Shown here in pieces: positions 38,509 to 51,480 of a stretch of 64,000 nucleotides of DNA. The translations under genes were made by a program, and so were the position numbers. Position 1 is the first letter of the stretch, and each line of letters begins with the position of its first letter. Origin of the DNA: Octopus vulgaris (taxonomy: Eukaryota); NCBI GenBank assembly GCA_951406725.2, contig OX597816.1:113212001-113276000 (forward strand). The letters run 5' to 3'. The notes beneath the pieces were generated by a model. That model saw nothing but the letters and a program-made list of their open reading frames with translations. It was not told where the DNA came from and searched no databases.

Positions 38509-38648
38509 TTGGCATTAGGAAGGGCATCAAGCTGTAGAAACACTGCCAGATCAGACTGGAGCCTGGAGCAGCCCCTGGCTCCCCAGACACCGGTCGAACC
38601 GTCCAACCCGTGCTAGCATGGAAAATGGACATTAAACGATGATGATGA

Positions 38649-38652
<4 letters not shown>
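38509..38652 (+). mobile_element. Family C 3' tail, 5'-truncated and young
   Basis: TTGGCATTAGGAAGGGCATCAAGCTGTAGAAAC...AACCCGTGCTAGCATGGAAAATGGACATTAAACGATGATGATG. Confidence 0.92.
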
Positions 38653-38683
<31 letters not shown>

Positions 38684-39044
38684 CTCTCTCTCATATACAT
38701 ACACATACATACATAAATGTAAATATTTTTGAAAACACATATGCATATTGCTTTTTTGAGTATTGGGTTTTCAGTCTGTAGGTTCAATTTGTGGACTGGG
38801 TGATGCATAATATCCTTCATTTCGCATTGCTCTTCATTTCACATTGCTCCAATTTATTTAGCTGAAATGAGTATCAGTTGAATATTGAGAGACTGCCTAC
38901 ATCTTATGATTATGTGGGTACCTAAAATGATTAATGAAAGCATGGTACATGCTGCCAAGTGTGTGATGGCTGTAGGGTTGGGTGAAATCAAGTGTGAAGA
39001 TGCATTTGTATGTATGTGTGTGTATATATATATGTGTGTGTGTG

Positions 39045-39076
<32 letters not shown>

Positions 39077-39743
39077 TGGGGCAGAGTGAGTGGGTTCATG
39101 TGTGTTCATACATAGACAGATATAAATGTACACATATATGTATATATAAACATAGGCATGGCTGGATGATGATGTGATATTTACATTCCTTGTTCACATG
39201 GCGATCAGGCACTTTGCACTTTAAAAAAATAATGAGGTAAGATTTCCTTACAGGTTGATTGCATGATGGATATATCTGGCTATAAACTGCCACATCAAAT
39301 AGGTTTCCATCTAATACCTGTTAGCTGCGGGGGGAAAAGCAAATGTTAATGAATGTTGTGATTGTATTATATCAGCATATGACATTGTTTCTGCAATTTT
39401 CTTACCTTGTGACACTTTTTATCACAGACAAGTTTCCTTATGACCTTCTTTCATTGCTATAAAATTCAGTAAGTTATAAACAACTACAACCCATATATGA
39501 TTGTATTAAACGAAAAAATTATTAAAAGCCAACTGAAACTCAGGAAATATAAAACAGTAAGGATACAAGACCACAGAAAACCTTACTAATAACTAAACTA
39601 TTTATTGTAACAGTAACTTCATTGACATGAATGTATTTGTTTCAACACAATACATCAAACTGTAGCTTGATATTTGTCAGTGATGTCTTTAATATTTGAG
39701 CAGTATCTTTACTTTATTGCTGTTACAACTATAAATTCAGATT

Positions 39744-39789
<46 letters not shown>

Positions 39790-40059
39790 AAAGGAAATGA
39801 TTGGAAAGCTACCATTGCTAATTCAGGCAATTGCAAGAAATGCCGTAGCTTATTTCTGAATGTTCAAGTGTCAGATTAGAATTGTACGATGCCTTTGCAA
39901 ATTGTTCTTGGGTTTTCTAACAAAATAAAAAATATAAAAAATAAAACGTTTCCACATTCCATTACTAGAATTAATTGAATTGGGATCCTATCTAATTTCA
40001 GTTGTTTATATCTGGTAGAAAATATTTGCTGAACTATTTTTCCATACTTACCATGCAGG

Positions 40060-40400
40060 CATGGTAATATAGTTAAGAAGTTGATTCCCAACCAGTTTCA
40101 GTCTCACTCACAGCACCTTGGGCAAGTGTCTTCTGTTATAGCCCCATGCACACCAAAATCTTGTGAGGCAGTTTACAAGACAGAAACTAAAAAATAAGTC
40201 TGTCATGTATATGTACACACGCATTTGTGTGTCTGCATCTTTTACATTGACACCTCTCCAAATATCATGAGCTACCAACTGTGATGATATTTCTCCTGTC
40301 AACAAATCATTCTGGCTTTGTGACTTAGAGGACATGTGTGATAGGGGACCTCTTACTTGGAAAACAGGAAGGACATCCAGCTGTAAAAACAATGCCTTAG
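40060..40400 (+). mobile_element. Family A' SINE
   Basis: GCACCTTGGGCAAGTGTCTTCTGTTATAGCC core, and near the 3' end GGAAGGACATCCAGCTGTAAAAAC. Confidence 0.85.
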
Positions 40401-42804
40401 TAACACACATTGGAAAATAGACCTAAAAATTGCCAAATCAGTCTACCAAAATTTTTATTGTGATCTTTTCAGTCAAATTAAAAATCAGATTATTCCCACT
40501 GACAAAATTATCCAAGCATGAAAACATTTCTAAGCTGCTGTTTTATCCTGTATATTCCATAGGTTTATTTTTTGGTCATGAATGCTTCAATTTTACCTTT
40601 TAACATTAAATTCATTAAGCTTTTCAGATATTTCTGATAAACGTAATTTTATTCATTTTTTTAAAAGTCTATTAGTCACCTCAGGAGCTTTCCCTTTGAC
40701 AGCAATTTGCACTTCTATATGCAGTAAGTGACTTCTCACATAAATTTGTGAATATAAGGCTATTCAATATGTTGGTACATAGACTAACATAGTTATTTCA
40801 TTTCAGACCTAATTCCATTAAAAGAGGGTCCACTTTGAGGAAGACATTTTCACCTCTTGTACATCTTTCTAATGACTGACAAAAGTGCCAAGTCCTCAGT
40901 AAAACTGTTTTTATATGAATATCTAACAAATATCAACAATTGAGCTGTATTTATAATATCACCCTATTTATCCATATGAATCACAAATTTGTTACTTTCT
41001 GTAATTCATTAATAAGTTGCACAAGTTAGATATTGCTAATTTCTGCAATTCTTTTGCATACCATATCATTTGACAGTGAATTTTTCTTCTTTATTTCATC
41101 CACATAGGTTGTATAAGTCTCTTGCCAATTAATGAATGGTTTCATAGCTTTTGTAATTAGTTATATTTCTTGAACCAGTATAACTCTTTTAACGATGTGT
41201 TTTTGTAATTTTGAAGATGTTAATAGTGTTTTTAGAAAACTGGTAAAGATTTTATGGCATAAGAAGTGTGCCTGGTATGAAAATTTTTAAGTTAGCAAGT
41301 TTCATACATTCATTCACCAAATATTCATTACAAATTAAGCAGACTAGATGGGCCTCTTCATGCATTATACCAAAATTAAATCCATATTGCAAAAACGATT
41401 CACTGTACTCTTTTTGATGCAGAGTGTTCACATTTTAAGATTTCACCTTGTGATTTGTATTATTGCATTCAGGTTTTGCAAGAAATAATACTTCAGTTAT
41501 TATATTCTTTGACAAATTTAACCATTTCTCCATAGAGACTTACTTTCAGTTCTCCATTAAAAGAAAAATTAACTGATATTTTAAAAATAGCAGTAAAGAA
41601 ATTATTAAAGCAATAACTCACTTGAGATGAATATATAAATATTTAAATAATTCAAAACTTTGTACTTGTATATATTTTATTGAATTAATTTTATGTGATA
41701 TAAAATTACTCTAGTAACAAAAAATATTGTGTCATTAGTTGACCTTTTGAGTAAATTACACATCACAGTTAAATTATCTCAACAAGTACATACTATATAT
41801 ATATATATATATATTTGAATTAAAAATTATGGCTGCGAATACCGATCTTAATACTACACAACTGAACATAAGATACTGTGTCAACTATCGCAAGACAATA
41901 TCAAATATGCTACCAATCATTATAAAATCAAAAGTTAATTATAGTAAACTACAAAAAAAATGAGTATTGATTAAAAAATTTAGAAGCAAGTGGTTTGTAA
42001 ATGCTCTTTTGCACCATCAACAAATGTTTTTATAGTGTAACAGCCATTAACTGTCATTGCTCTCAGTGTAAAACTATGAGTTTAGTACAAATTCTGAATA
42101 ACAATTTAAAAAGGTAGTAAGGTTAAGTGTTGTTCAGTTTTTGTTCCATATCTGCATTTTATATTTTAGAGGCAAATTCATTTGTGTACATATTTTAAGT
42201 ATATTCTGTTATACACTGATAAAGCTCACAGGTAACAAAAGCAATCAAATTTTAGAATTCTCCAGGAAAGTTCTACAGTCCTCAGGGTATATGACTCATA
42301 GTTTAAGAACTACTGATGTAATGCTTAATTCCAATTTCATTCTTGATTGCAGTGTTTAGGTCATATACCACTATCTATATAGTTCATATTATTTTCACTT
42401 ACAGAATGACTTTGTTCAAATGAATTGTCATTACATATTATCCAGAAGAGGTTGAAAGAATCTGTGCATTGTTTATGTAGATATATATATAAAATTGACA
42501 GAGTTCCAGAATATATCCTATCTCATCACATAGACCATACATATAAAACTTATAACCTATTTTCTTTTTACCTTAGTATATTTGTACATAATACATACAT
42601 ACATATGTACATATTTACATATGTACGTATGTATTTATGTATACATCTGCATACATTGTTAACTTATCACTCATTGAATCTTTTTTTTAATGGCACTATT
42701 TGTGTTTTTCAGACTTAAGGTATTTCTCCTTCATCAAAATCATTTAGAGAATTGACCAAACAGTGGTGGTCATCATTGCAATTTTTATATTCTTTATCCA
42801 TTGT

Positions 42805-43040
42805 TCTTTTACTAGTTTTCATCATTGAACTCTGACCACTTTGGGGTATCACCTTCTAACATATAATAGATTTCATTGATAGAGCTCTTGCTTCCTGTAC
42901 TTATTTTGTCAGCTAGTATTTATCTTGTCAATCTCCATAAATGCAAATTGGACATGAGTAGGATTTGAACTCAGAATATAAAAGAGCATAAACAAATACC
43001 ACAAGGTAATCTGTCCAGTGCTCTACCGATTCTATCCATT
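42805..43040 (-). mobile_element. Chimeric SINE: family B head with family A tail, diverged
   Basis: GGATTTGAACTCAGAATATAAA (B head, reverse strand) preceded on + by TCTTTTACTAGTTTTCATCATTGAACTCTGACCACTTTGGGGTATCACCTT (A tail, reverse strand). Confidence 0.6.
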
Positions 43041-43065
43041 ACAATTATGATTATATAGTTAGTAT

Positions 43066-43462
43066 TTATCTCTTTTACTTGTTTCAGTCACTAGACTGCT
43101 GTCATGCTGGGGCACTGCCTTGAATTTTCTTTTAATCAAATGAAATGACCACAGTACTTTTTTTTTTAAGCCTGGTACTTATTCTATTGGTCTCTTTGCC
43201 AAACCACAAAGCTATGGAGATGTAAACACACCAACACCGGTTGTCAAGTGGTGGTGGGGGACAAACACAGGCACAAAAACGCACACACACACATATATAT
43301 ATGACGGGCTTCTTTCTGTTTCCATCTATCACATCCACACACAAGGCCTTGGTCAGCCCCATGCTATAACAAAAGACACTTGCCCAAGGTGCCACGCAGT
43401 GGAACTGAACCTGGAGCTAGGTGGTCAGGAAGCAAACTTCCTATAACACAGCCATGTCTGTA
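43066..43462 (-). mobile_element. Family A SINE, full length
   Basis: End-to-end reverse-complement match to 63283-63681, plus the extreme 5' head (ACACAGCCATGTCTG on +). Confidence 0.93.
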
Positions 43463-43904
43463 CCAATAATTTTTTATCATTTCACAAGCTTTATTACTGC
43501 ATACATTCATTGTATAACCAAAAACTTCTTTAAAGCATTGTGTATGTACAGTTTAGTTTTATTTTTAGTTAATATTGTTTGTATTTACACTTCCCCAATA
43601 TGTGCAGTACCAACTGGTGGTAGTTTTTTATATTTTGTGTATAATAATCACATAAATTCTTCGACCTTGAGTAAATATTAAACTGAATTTCTTGTTATCA
43701 TGCTTAGTACTGCTATTATTATTAGGGAATTATTTCTATTTCAAATTGACTCATTTTGGGTTTATGATTCAAGTAATTTCTCTACATCTTTTAAAAAGAC
43801 ATATTGTTATAGCAAAAGATCACATATTTTCCTATGATGGCCTTTAAAATTATTAATATTTATTCTCAGCAAGAAAAAATGTCTTTTTTTACCTTTTGTG
43901 TTGT

Positions 43905-44266
43905 GCTCACTTTATTCAAGACTGAAATCATACGGGAGCACCATCTTGATGGGTTTAATTGAACAAAACAATTCTAGTACTTATTTCTTAATTCTAGGAT
44001 TTATGCTGTTGGTCTCTTTTACAAAGCCACTAAATTACATGGACTTAAACAAAACTACACTGGCTGTCAAGTGGTAGAACAGAACAAACACACACACACT
44101 ATGGGTCTCCACAGAGTTTTTGTTTACCAAATTCCCTGACAAAGTATTTACTCACAAGTCAGCCTGGGACTATAGTAGAAGACACTTGCCCAAGATGTCA
44201 TGCAGTGGAACTGAAACCCAAACCACATGGCTGCAAAGCAAATTTCTTAACCACAGAGCCACACCT
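43905..44266 (-). mobile_element. Family A SINE, diverged
   Basis: CTATAGTAGAAGACACTTGCCCAAGATGTCATGCAGTGGAACTGAAACC head plus recognisable body. Confidence 0.85.
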
Positions 44267-44504
44267 GAAATTTTTTTTTCTTGTATTTGCTGGGATTTTG
44301 GACTTGAGGCTGAATCCCAGTCTATAATTCTGCCAACTCTGTTATGTATAATCTGTTCCAGCTAAAACCAGGCAGCCAGAAATAATGTCATTGATTGTCT
44401 ACTTTCAATATTCTGTTTTATTATATATATTTCAGTTGTTTTTTGTGGAAAACACATATTTCTATAGTGATCAATAACCTTTTAGTCTTCATTGTTGCTA
44501 CTGT

Positions 44505-44735
44505 TTTTGTTGTTGTTATTTAACCCCAGGCCAATCTGATTCATCGAAAAATTGGATCAAAGGTCTTCCAGCTATGACAAGCCCATCGTTTTTTATTTTT
44601 AGATTTTTTGGACATAATATATCCAGATATACATCCTCAACAGTGTTCTTCCTTTATTACGATAATATAGTGTGGTTTGAAAGGGATTTGATTGTGATTT
44701 GCAGCAGGTTGACCAATTATAGAAGTTATCTCATT
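44505..44735 (-). mobile_element. Family D repeat
   Basis: TTTAACCCCAGGCCAATCTGAT...GATCAAAGGTCTTCCAGCTATGAC...TTTGAAAGGGATTTG. Confidence 0.75.
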
Positions 44736-44834
44736 TATTTGCTTTTGAGCCACTTTTGATTTATTCCTTCATTCTCTACTTTACAAAGTATTCCTCAGTA
44801 TCAACTATAGATACTTCCCTTGGTCATAATTTCA

Positions 44835-45445
44835 TGATCATCATCCAGTGTTTTAAATGTGGGTTTTGTCTCCATTAACGGTGGTAGCCAGATCTACTTC
44901 AGTGCTGTAGCAACTGCCCTGATACTCCATCTTGCCTGGTTTTGGGTATCCTCCCTTCTCAAACCAACCCTCCTAATCTCCACCTCTACCTGTCCCCTCC
45001 ACGTTTTCCTTGGTCTACTTCACTTTCGTGGTCCATTCACCTCAAACTCAAGCACCCTCCTCAGAACATACTCCTCATCCTTCCTCAACACATGTCCATT
45101 CGCCCTTGCCAAGCCATTCCACCAATTCTTCCAACCCCAGCATCCCCAACAAGTCCTCAGTCCTCCTCTTATCAAACAGCTTCACACCACACATTTCTCT
45201 CACCATTGCTCTCCCGGTCCTTCTTAAAATTGCCATCGCTCTCTCCCTCTGAGACACCATGTACAGCTCTCACGCAACTCCTATGGACCCTTCCTCTCAT
45301 CTTCAATGAGAACCTTTTCCCATATAACAATACTCCCCATTCCCTGAACTTCACCCAAGTCTCACTCTTGCTGTCACAACAGCTTCACATCCACCACTTA
45401 CATGCAAACCCTCATCCTGGTTTGCTCAAGTATGACTTGCCATAA
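44835..45445 (-). mobile_element. RTE-clade LINE 3' fragment, ORF C-terminus with frameshifts
   Basis: KFREWGVLLYGKRFSLKMRGRVHRSCVRA, AILRRTGRAMVREMCGVKLFDKRRTEDLLGMLGL and HVLRKDEEYVLRRVLEFEVNGPRK*SRPRKTWRGQVE are typical of the RTE C-terminus. Confidence 0.92.
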
Positions 45446-46139
45446 CTTATGGTGTTAATGTTACATTTTAAATTTCCTTTTAAGTGTTTTTTTTTATTTT
45501 TACTTATTTTATTTTTTTGTTTTAATAGTTGTGATGAAGATGAAGAATATATAAGTTGTTTCAAATTTTTGTCTTGTTCTTGTTAACCTTCGTAAAATTA
45601 GAAAGCAATGTTTGCATTTTATAACAGTTTTACCATTTTGCTTTTGTATACCACTAAATACTTAGACAATTTTACAGTAATATTTTCAGTAATTTAAAAT
45701 TACATCTCTATAATAACAATGGTAATAATAAAGATAGTAAAAATAATATCTATTATTATTATTATTCCAATCACCATTTACATTGCATGTAACAGAATCA
45801 ATATATCTTAGCAATATTTAATTACTGTGTTAAGTCTTTACATTATCATTCATCACAACAGGGACAATAAGATACATACTGGAATTATACCAGGATCAAT
45901 TTAATTTAATAGAATGTTCCTCTATGTCCAAAACATGTGTCAATGTAACAAATTACTCTTATCATGATGTTGACAAGGATGTTGAATTGAGAATCTGTAG
46001 AATGTGAGAGAAAATACTTCTCTGCATTTAGAGATGTATCTTTAGGTTATATTCCAAGCATCTTTCTTGGGTCAATGAAATAAATATTAGTTAAGAACTG
46101 GTTCTAACCTAAGTAACTATATTCTTTTGACTATACCAT

Positions 46140-46548
46140 TATTTTTGTTCACTCAGTATCTTGTTGTTCTGCAGGTGTTAGATATCAAGTAGGATCCTAA
46201 AATCTTAAGTATCAAGCACTTTTCTAATGGTTCTTTCTGTGCCAAGCAAATAAGCTTTATGTAAGTTTCAGAAATTCACTTCAATATGCAACATCTTCAG
46301 CCAACAATTTAAACTTCTTGGCAACATTCCTAAGGCTCCTTTTCCAATTGGAATAATGACAATTTTACTTCAATTCTATATTCTCTGGAGTTCATGTTTT
46401 AAGGTCCTGCTATTTTTTTTGTAATTTTTTCTTTTTTTGTCTACCACTCTAGTATCAAACGTGCAAGGAACATCTATTAAGCAAACATGCTCTTACCTTT
46501 TTATTATGTATGACAATATGTGCATGTGAATGTTTCATTTGCCTATCC
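46140..46548 (-). mobile_element. R4/Dong-type non-LTR retrotransposon 3' fragment with restriction-like endonuclease remnant
   Basis: HSHAHIVIHNKK..CLIDVPCTFDTRVVDKK..QDLKHELQRI..IVIIPIGKGALGMLPRSL..LHKAYLLGTERTIRKVLDT* resembles RPDIVV..LIDVAxPxD..KxxKYxDL..VIPIVIGALG..LQKAALLGTARILRKVL. Stop at 46205-46207. Confidence 0.85.
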
Positions 46549-46564
46549 ATTATTATCATTATTA

Positions 46565-46758
46565 TTGAAGCAGTGAGTTTGGCAGAGCCACTAGCAAACT
46601 AGGCAAAATGCTTAGTGGCATTTTGTCCATCTTTATTTTCTGAGTCCATATTCCACTGAGGTTGACTTTGCCTTTGCTCCTTTTGAGTACTAGGGTCAAT
46701 ACAATCAACTTAACCTCTCCCCAAAATTACTGACCTTGTGCCAAAAATTGAAACCATT
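46565..46758 (+). mobile_element. Family B SINE
   Basis: GGCAAAATGCTTAGTGGCATTTTGTCC...CTGAGGTTGACTTTGCCTTT...TTGTGCCAAAAATTGAAACCA. Confidence 0.87.
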
Positions 46759-46841
46759 ATTATTACTATTATTATTATCATCATCATCACCTTTTCTTTT
46801 ATACTGTAAAGGTACTTGTTAATGATGATAATAATGATGAT

Positions 46842-46940
46842 TTCTGGTTTAAACACAAGGCCAGCAATTTTGAGGGATAAGATTAGTGAGGTTAGTTGAT
46901 ACTATTGACATCAGTACTTGACTGGTACTTTATTTTGGCT
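46842..46940 (-). mobile_element. Family B SINE 3' half
   Basis: CACAAGGCCAGCAATTTTGAGGG...CAGTACTTGACTGGTACTTTATTTT. Confidence 0.8.
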
Positions 46941-46944
46941 CCAA

Positions 46945-47930
46945 AAAGCCATCCATAGTACTTGTATCATGTTAATTGCACACAGATCTCATTGACCAGT
47001 TTCTTTCCTGCTTTCTTGCCTTCTATCATTGCTGAAACATAATTTTTTTAAGGTTTGTGTACTTGAGAAATTACTACACATACTTAAGGTCTGTCTTTTA
47101 CTTTGCACTAGCTCCAATAGTAACAGCTGTCATTCAACTCTAACTTCTCTACACCAACAGTGTCTTACCATCCTGAGTCTGCATTGTTTGATGGTTTCTC
47201 TTAATAATGTTACATTTCCATATAAGACACTGTTTGATAAATGTTGCTTCAAGAAACATTTTCCCCCCTCCTTAGCATTTTGGTCTTTATTTCATTTAGT
47301 GTGCTTTCTGTTGCTTTCATAAAATGTCCAGCAATCATATTTGTATGTCAATATATTTTCTATTGCTACTCTAAATCACTATATTTCAAGGTTATCAGAT
47401 AGATTTGTTTCCTATATTGCAAACATTTTATTCATTGCTAACCATGCCCATTCAATTTTTACCCTGTTGTCTCCCTTCAAGTTTTCTACCCATGATCCCA
47501 GATAACTAGTCATTTTGGATCCATTGGTGATTTATTGTCTTCTTTCATTTGATTGAAAACCATAAACTCAGTCTTATCATTGATGTGTAGGCTGATCTCT
47601 TCTGCAGCTTGCTCAACTTCTTGAAGTAGTAGTTAATACTCTTTAGCATATTAGAAGAGCTTCATCAGCTGCATAATTTCTATCAGTACTTATACTATTA
47701 GTACTGCAGAATAATGTCTGCTTTTTTGAGGAGCTATTTGGAAATCTGTTTCTTCCCCATTTAATGTTACATTTCATAATGAGTTCAAGGCTACATTTAA
47801 CAGGAAAGTTGTAAGAGTGTCAGCTTGTAGTTCTCCTACTAAGATATCAAAGAAGTCTTTGTCACTATGAGGTGATAAAACCTGAATAACTATATAGGAT
47901 TTACATTATCATTTCTCCATAGCACTTAAC
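46945..47930 (-). mobile_element. Decayed RTE-clade LINE, RT domain through C-terminal region
   Basis: VLSPHSDKDFFDILVGELQADTLTTFLL (compare VxSPDGDTDxFxIxxGVLQGDTLAPFLF), a YAADE relic of YADD, LLLQEVEQAAEEISLHIN, KTEFMVFNQ and YLGSW. Confidence 0.88.
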
Positions 47931-48164
47931 AAGTATTCATTTTATCAATCACGTCAAACTATTTTAGCAACAGAATATAGTTAATGGAATTAATCTGGCA
48001 CCTATTTTATCTACTTCGGAAATATTGAAACTTTTAAGTCAACTCAGAACCAAGCAAGACAAAACCTAAAGCATCTATTAATAAAATTGCAAACACATAT
48101 TTCAAAATCATGACAAGAAGAGAATGTTAAAATTTAGGGTTAGGATTTTTCGGCTGCCAATAAA

Positions 48165-48345
48165 TAAGTTGTTGTAGGTCAGGTTTGATTATGCAGACTA
48201 CAAATATAGATGTATCTATTTTGAGACATTGTAACTAGGACTGCATTATATTTTCTTCCATTTTTGTTAAGATGGTAGAATATCATTTGAGGTAGATTTA
48301 CCCATTATTTGTAGTTGTTTGTTTGGTCATGTTGAGGTTTTCCAT
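48165..48345 (-). mobile_element. Family D repeat, diverged
   Basis: CTAGGACTGCATTAT...TTAAGATGGTAGAATATCATTTGAGGTAGATTT. Confidence 0.65.
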
Positions 48346-51059
48346 ATTGTGTAGTAGATGAAGTTGCAAACCCATCTGTTTGCATATCAATGACTACACA
48401 TTTTAATGTCTCATTTCATAGTTTTAAGATGGTATGGTATGCAACAAGGGAGAATTAACTGAGTCTTGTAACAGGGAATACTTTTTTGGCTCCTGGAGCT
48501 GCATTTGAAGTGGTTAGTAATATGCAACTAAGTTTGGGATCTGGTTTCAAGGGCCCATGTCGGAGATAAAGGAACATATGTGGCATCTGGAGTAGTTCTT
48601 GACTGAGGAAGAAGGAGCTGCTGACAGTAGGAAGCTTAAGTCATTGTTATTTATTTATATTTGATATTTTCTATTTTTATTTCATTATATATACTGTTTT
48701 CATAAACATTACCCTTGATATTTCAATATTTGGAAAGAAAAATGTAAATAAATAAATATTATTGACAATGTTCTTGGTTAGATTAATCTTGCTCAAAGAA
48801 CAACATCAACATTTTTGTTTCTTTTTTTAAACTACAATTTGAACATGATTTGAGAACTATCTTTTATTCAATCAATAATTGTTTAAGCCTTGAGTAAATG
48901 GAAACCAATGCAGCATTTGAATTACACTAACTCTGACAAAGTGTATGAAGAAATTTGGAGAGAAAATTTGATAGAAAATATGTAGTTATTCTCAATTTTC
49001 AATTGATTCCAGATAGTTGCTCTTAGTTTGAAACACAAATTTCATTGAAGATTTCACTTCTTTTCATATATCTCAATGAAACAAAAGACATGAAATTTTA
49101 AATACATACTTTACACTTTATTGTTTAGAGCAACTTTTATTATTAGCTTGAGTACTTAACAGATGAGCAACCTTAAAATAGTTCTCATTTTTAGCACTTT
49201 GGCTAATTTTATAGTCTAGAGTCCTTCAGAATACAAAGTCTGATTTAAATGAAGACTTTCCCTAATCATGGTTCTACTTTAGATCAGACTCTTAAGCATT
49301 TTCTACATTTACTATCAAGTTTCATCTTTTCTACAGCTATACACCATATATTTCAAGTTTTATTTACCAACATACAAACTCTTTATTATGTAACAAACTA
49401 AACATTCTAATTATTTAGTTTACATTTATTTGCATATATTATGATTTATCTTTTCTTTTATATTTCTTTTCCAAGAATTAACAATTCTGTAAGCCTATTT
49501 ATTTTGCCAAATTTCTTTAAAAAGTAATTTTAAAACTCAATAGCACACTACATCATTTATATATAAAGATTATATAGTTAGGAATTAAGGATTTCCATGA
49601 ATTGTCTTTTCACCATTAAAACTTTTAATCTTTCCCAGACACATTTAAGTTTGAATTTACAAACTTGTGTCACTATTTCAAAAGAAATGTTGTCATTAGT
49701 TATAGAATACTTGTACACGTTTATTCTCTATTTTGTTGATGGAAACTTATTCAAAATTCAAATATAAATTCAAATATAATTCTGTATGAATTTAAATTCC
49801 TTTTTTATATTTTCCTTGAAGCAATAATTTAAAATTCTATTGTTATAAAATTTATTATCTAATTTTACATTTTCTTTGTTGCTTGCTTTATTACTTTGGC
49901 TGAACCTAATTGCAGTTTATTATTTTGGCCTGATATTATATAAGAATATTACTCTAGTTTATTTACATAGATCACACTCAATATGATATTAGTAAATATT
50001 TTGCTTTATTTAGCATTAATCTTTAATATTTCATTATTGATTTTTGTTGGTAATTTTTGCTTTATTTGTTCCCTACGTTGTCTAATAAAACCTTTCCAAC
50101 TATTTGTGTGTTCTATTTTTACTATATGTAAATTAGTTTGTTCACATGTCTGATTAATGTATATGTGCATATATTTGTTTATGTAATGTCTATATATGTG
50201 AGAATATGTTGGTACATAATGCATGTATGTTTGTATTTGTTTGTGTATTTTATCTATATACCGTGTATATATTTCTACCTTTGTTTCCTTCATTTCATAA
50301 TGTTGCTTTCCTGCATGATTTCAAATATTTGTATATAGCCATTCGTTTAGATAAACCATTAAGCTCATCATAAATACTTTAAACTAACAATCACTAACTT
50401 CATTTTAGATTCATATCTTTGTATATTCATTTTCTTCTTGATTTCGTGTTTTGAAATGCTGTTTCTTAGAAATTGATTTTCTTGTCGATATTTTAGTAAG
50501 ATGTTGGGAACCAAGAAGAGTAGATTAGTCCTACTTTGATGGTGTTTTATCTTTTGTCTATTTTCGAACTAGCGTTCATAAGCCATTACCAACAAGTGGT
50601 TTTTTGTTTTGTTTTTTTCATATTCTCAATACAATGTCATTACCAAGGTAACATAGCATTATTGGATATATTTCTCTGTACATGTCAATATTGGTGATGT
50701 ATATGTGGCTCATGTTCAGTGTTGCAAGGAAGGCACTTGATACATGTGCTTCAGAGGTGTTCACAGCCCTTGTGGACTCTCTCACATTTGCTTTGATATG
50801 TTATAAACTTCTGAGTGCTCTATATCTCATGTTCTAAGAGCCTTGTAGAGCATATATGTCTCAAAGACATCTTAGTTTTGATCTATGGATTAGAAGTACT
50901 CTCAGTGAACTTATGTTGGATATATAACTGCATATCAATGTATAAATGTGGATTATCACACAGTTACTATGAATAATTTAAATAAACCAAACACTCTTTT
51001 CCTTTTACACTATTTGAGCACTTGAAAGACACTAGATAGCCTTCCTCAAGAGGTGACAT

Positions 51060-51275
51060 TGGCTAACAAGTTAATGAAGGAGCCTCTGCCTAGTTGCTTG
51101 ATGTACCAGAAGTAGAAATCAAATTTCTTTCAGATCAAACTCTACCTTCTTACAAAAGAAAGGACACAATATGTAAAATGTCTGAAAAGAAGACTAGATG
51201 GTTACAAATGAAAAGCTTTTGTTAATAAGTCTTTTCAATTAGGATTGAACTGGGCCAAAAATATCTATGACAATA
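51060..51275 (+). mobile_element. Family D repeat
   Basis: GGAGCCTCTGCCTAGTTGCTTG...AAAAGAAAGGACACA...GGATTGAACTGGG; opposite orientation to 8778-8970. Confidence 0.7.
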
Positions 51276-51305
51276 GCAAGCATCCCTTTACGGATACTGT
51301 CAAAG

Positions 51306-51480
51306 CAGTGTTGTCTTAAGCTATGGGCTCACTGGGCATTTGCCCAGGAGCTTCACACGCCTAGGGGCCCAACTTTGATCTATGTACACCATGGCTTGAT
51401 GTTAATAAATCTACATTAAATCTACACTATAAATCTACATTATAGGCCCTGAGGCCTATAATGCTTCTAAGATGGCCCTA
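51306..51480. mobile_element. MITE, probably hAT-like
   Basis: Degenerate terminal inverted repeats CAGTGTTGTCTTAAG and CTAAGATGGCCCTA (consensus near CAGGGCCGTCTTAA), with subterminal TGGGCATTTGCCCA and GGGGCCC motifs. No clear target-site duplication. Confidence 0.65.

Noticed and set aside
42713-42719. 7-nt microexon candidate (gtttttcag|ACTTAAG|gtattt)
   Set aside because: Would shift the frame and the donor is mediocre; no independent support.
44859-45445. Longest ORFs in the track on plus (122 and 167 aa)
   Set aside because: They are antisense shadows of the minus-strand RTE fragment.
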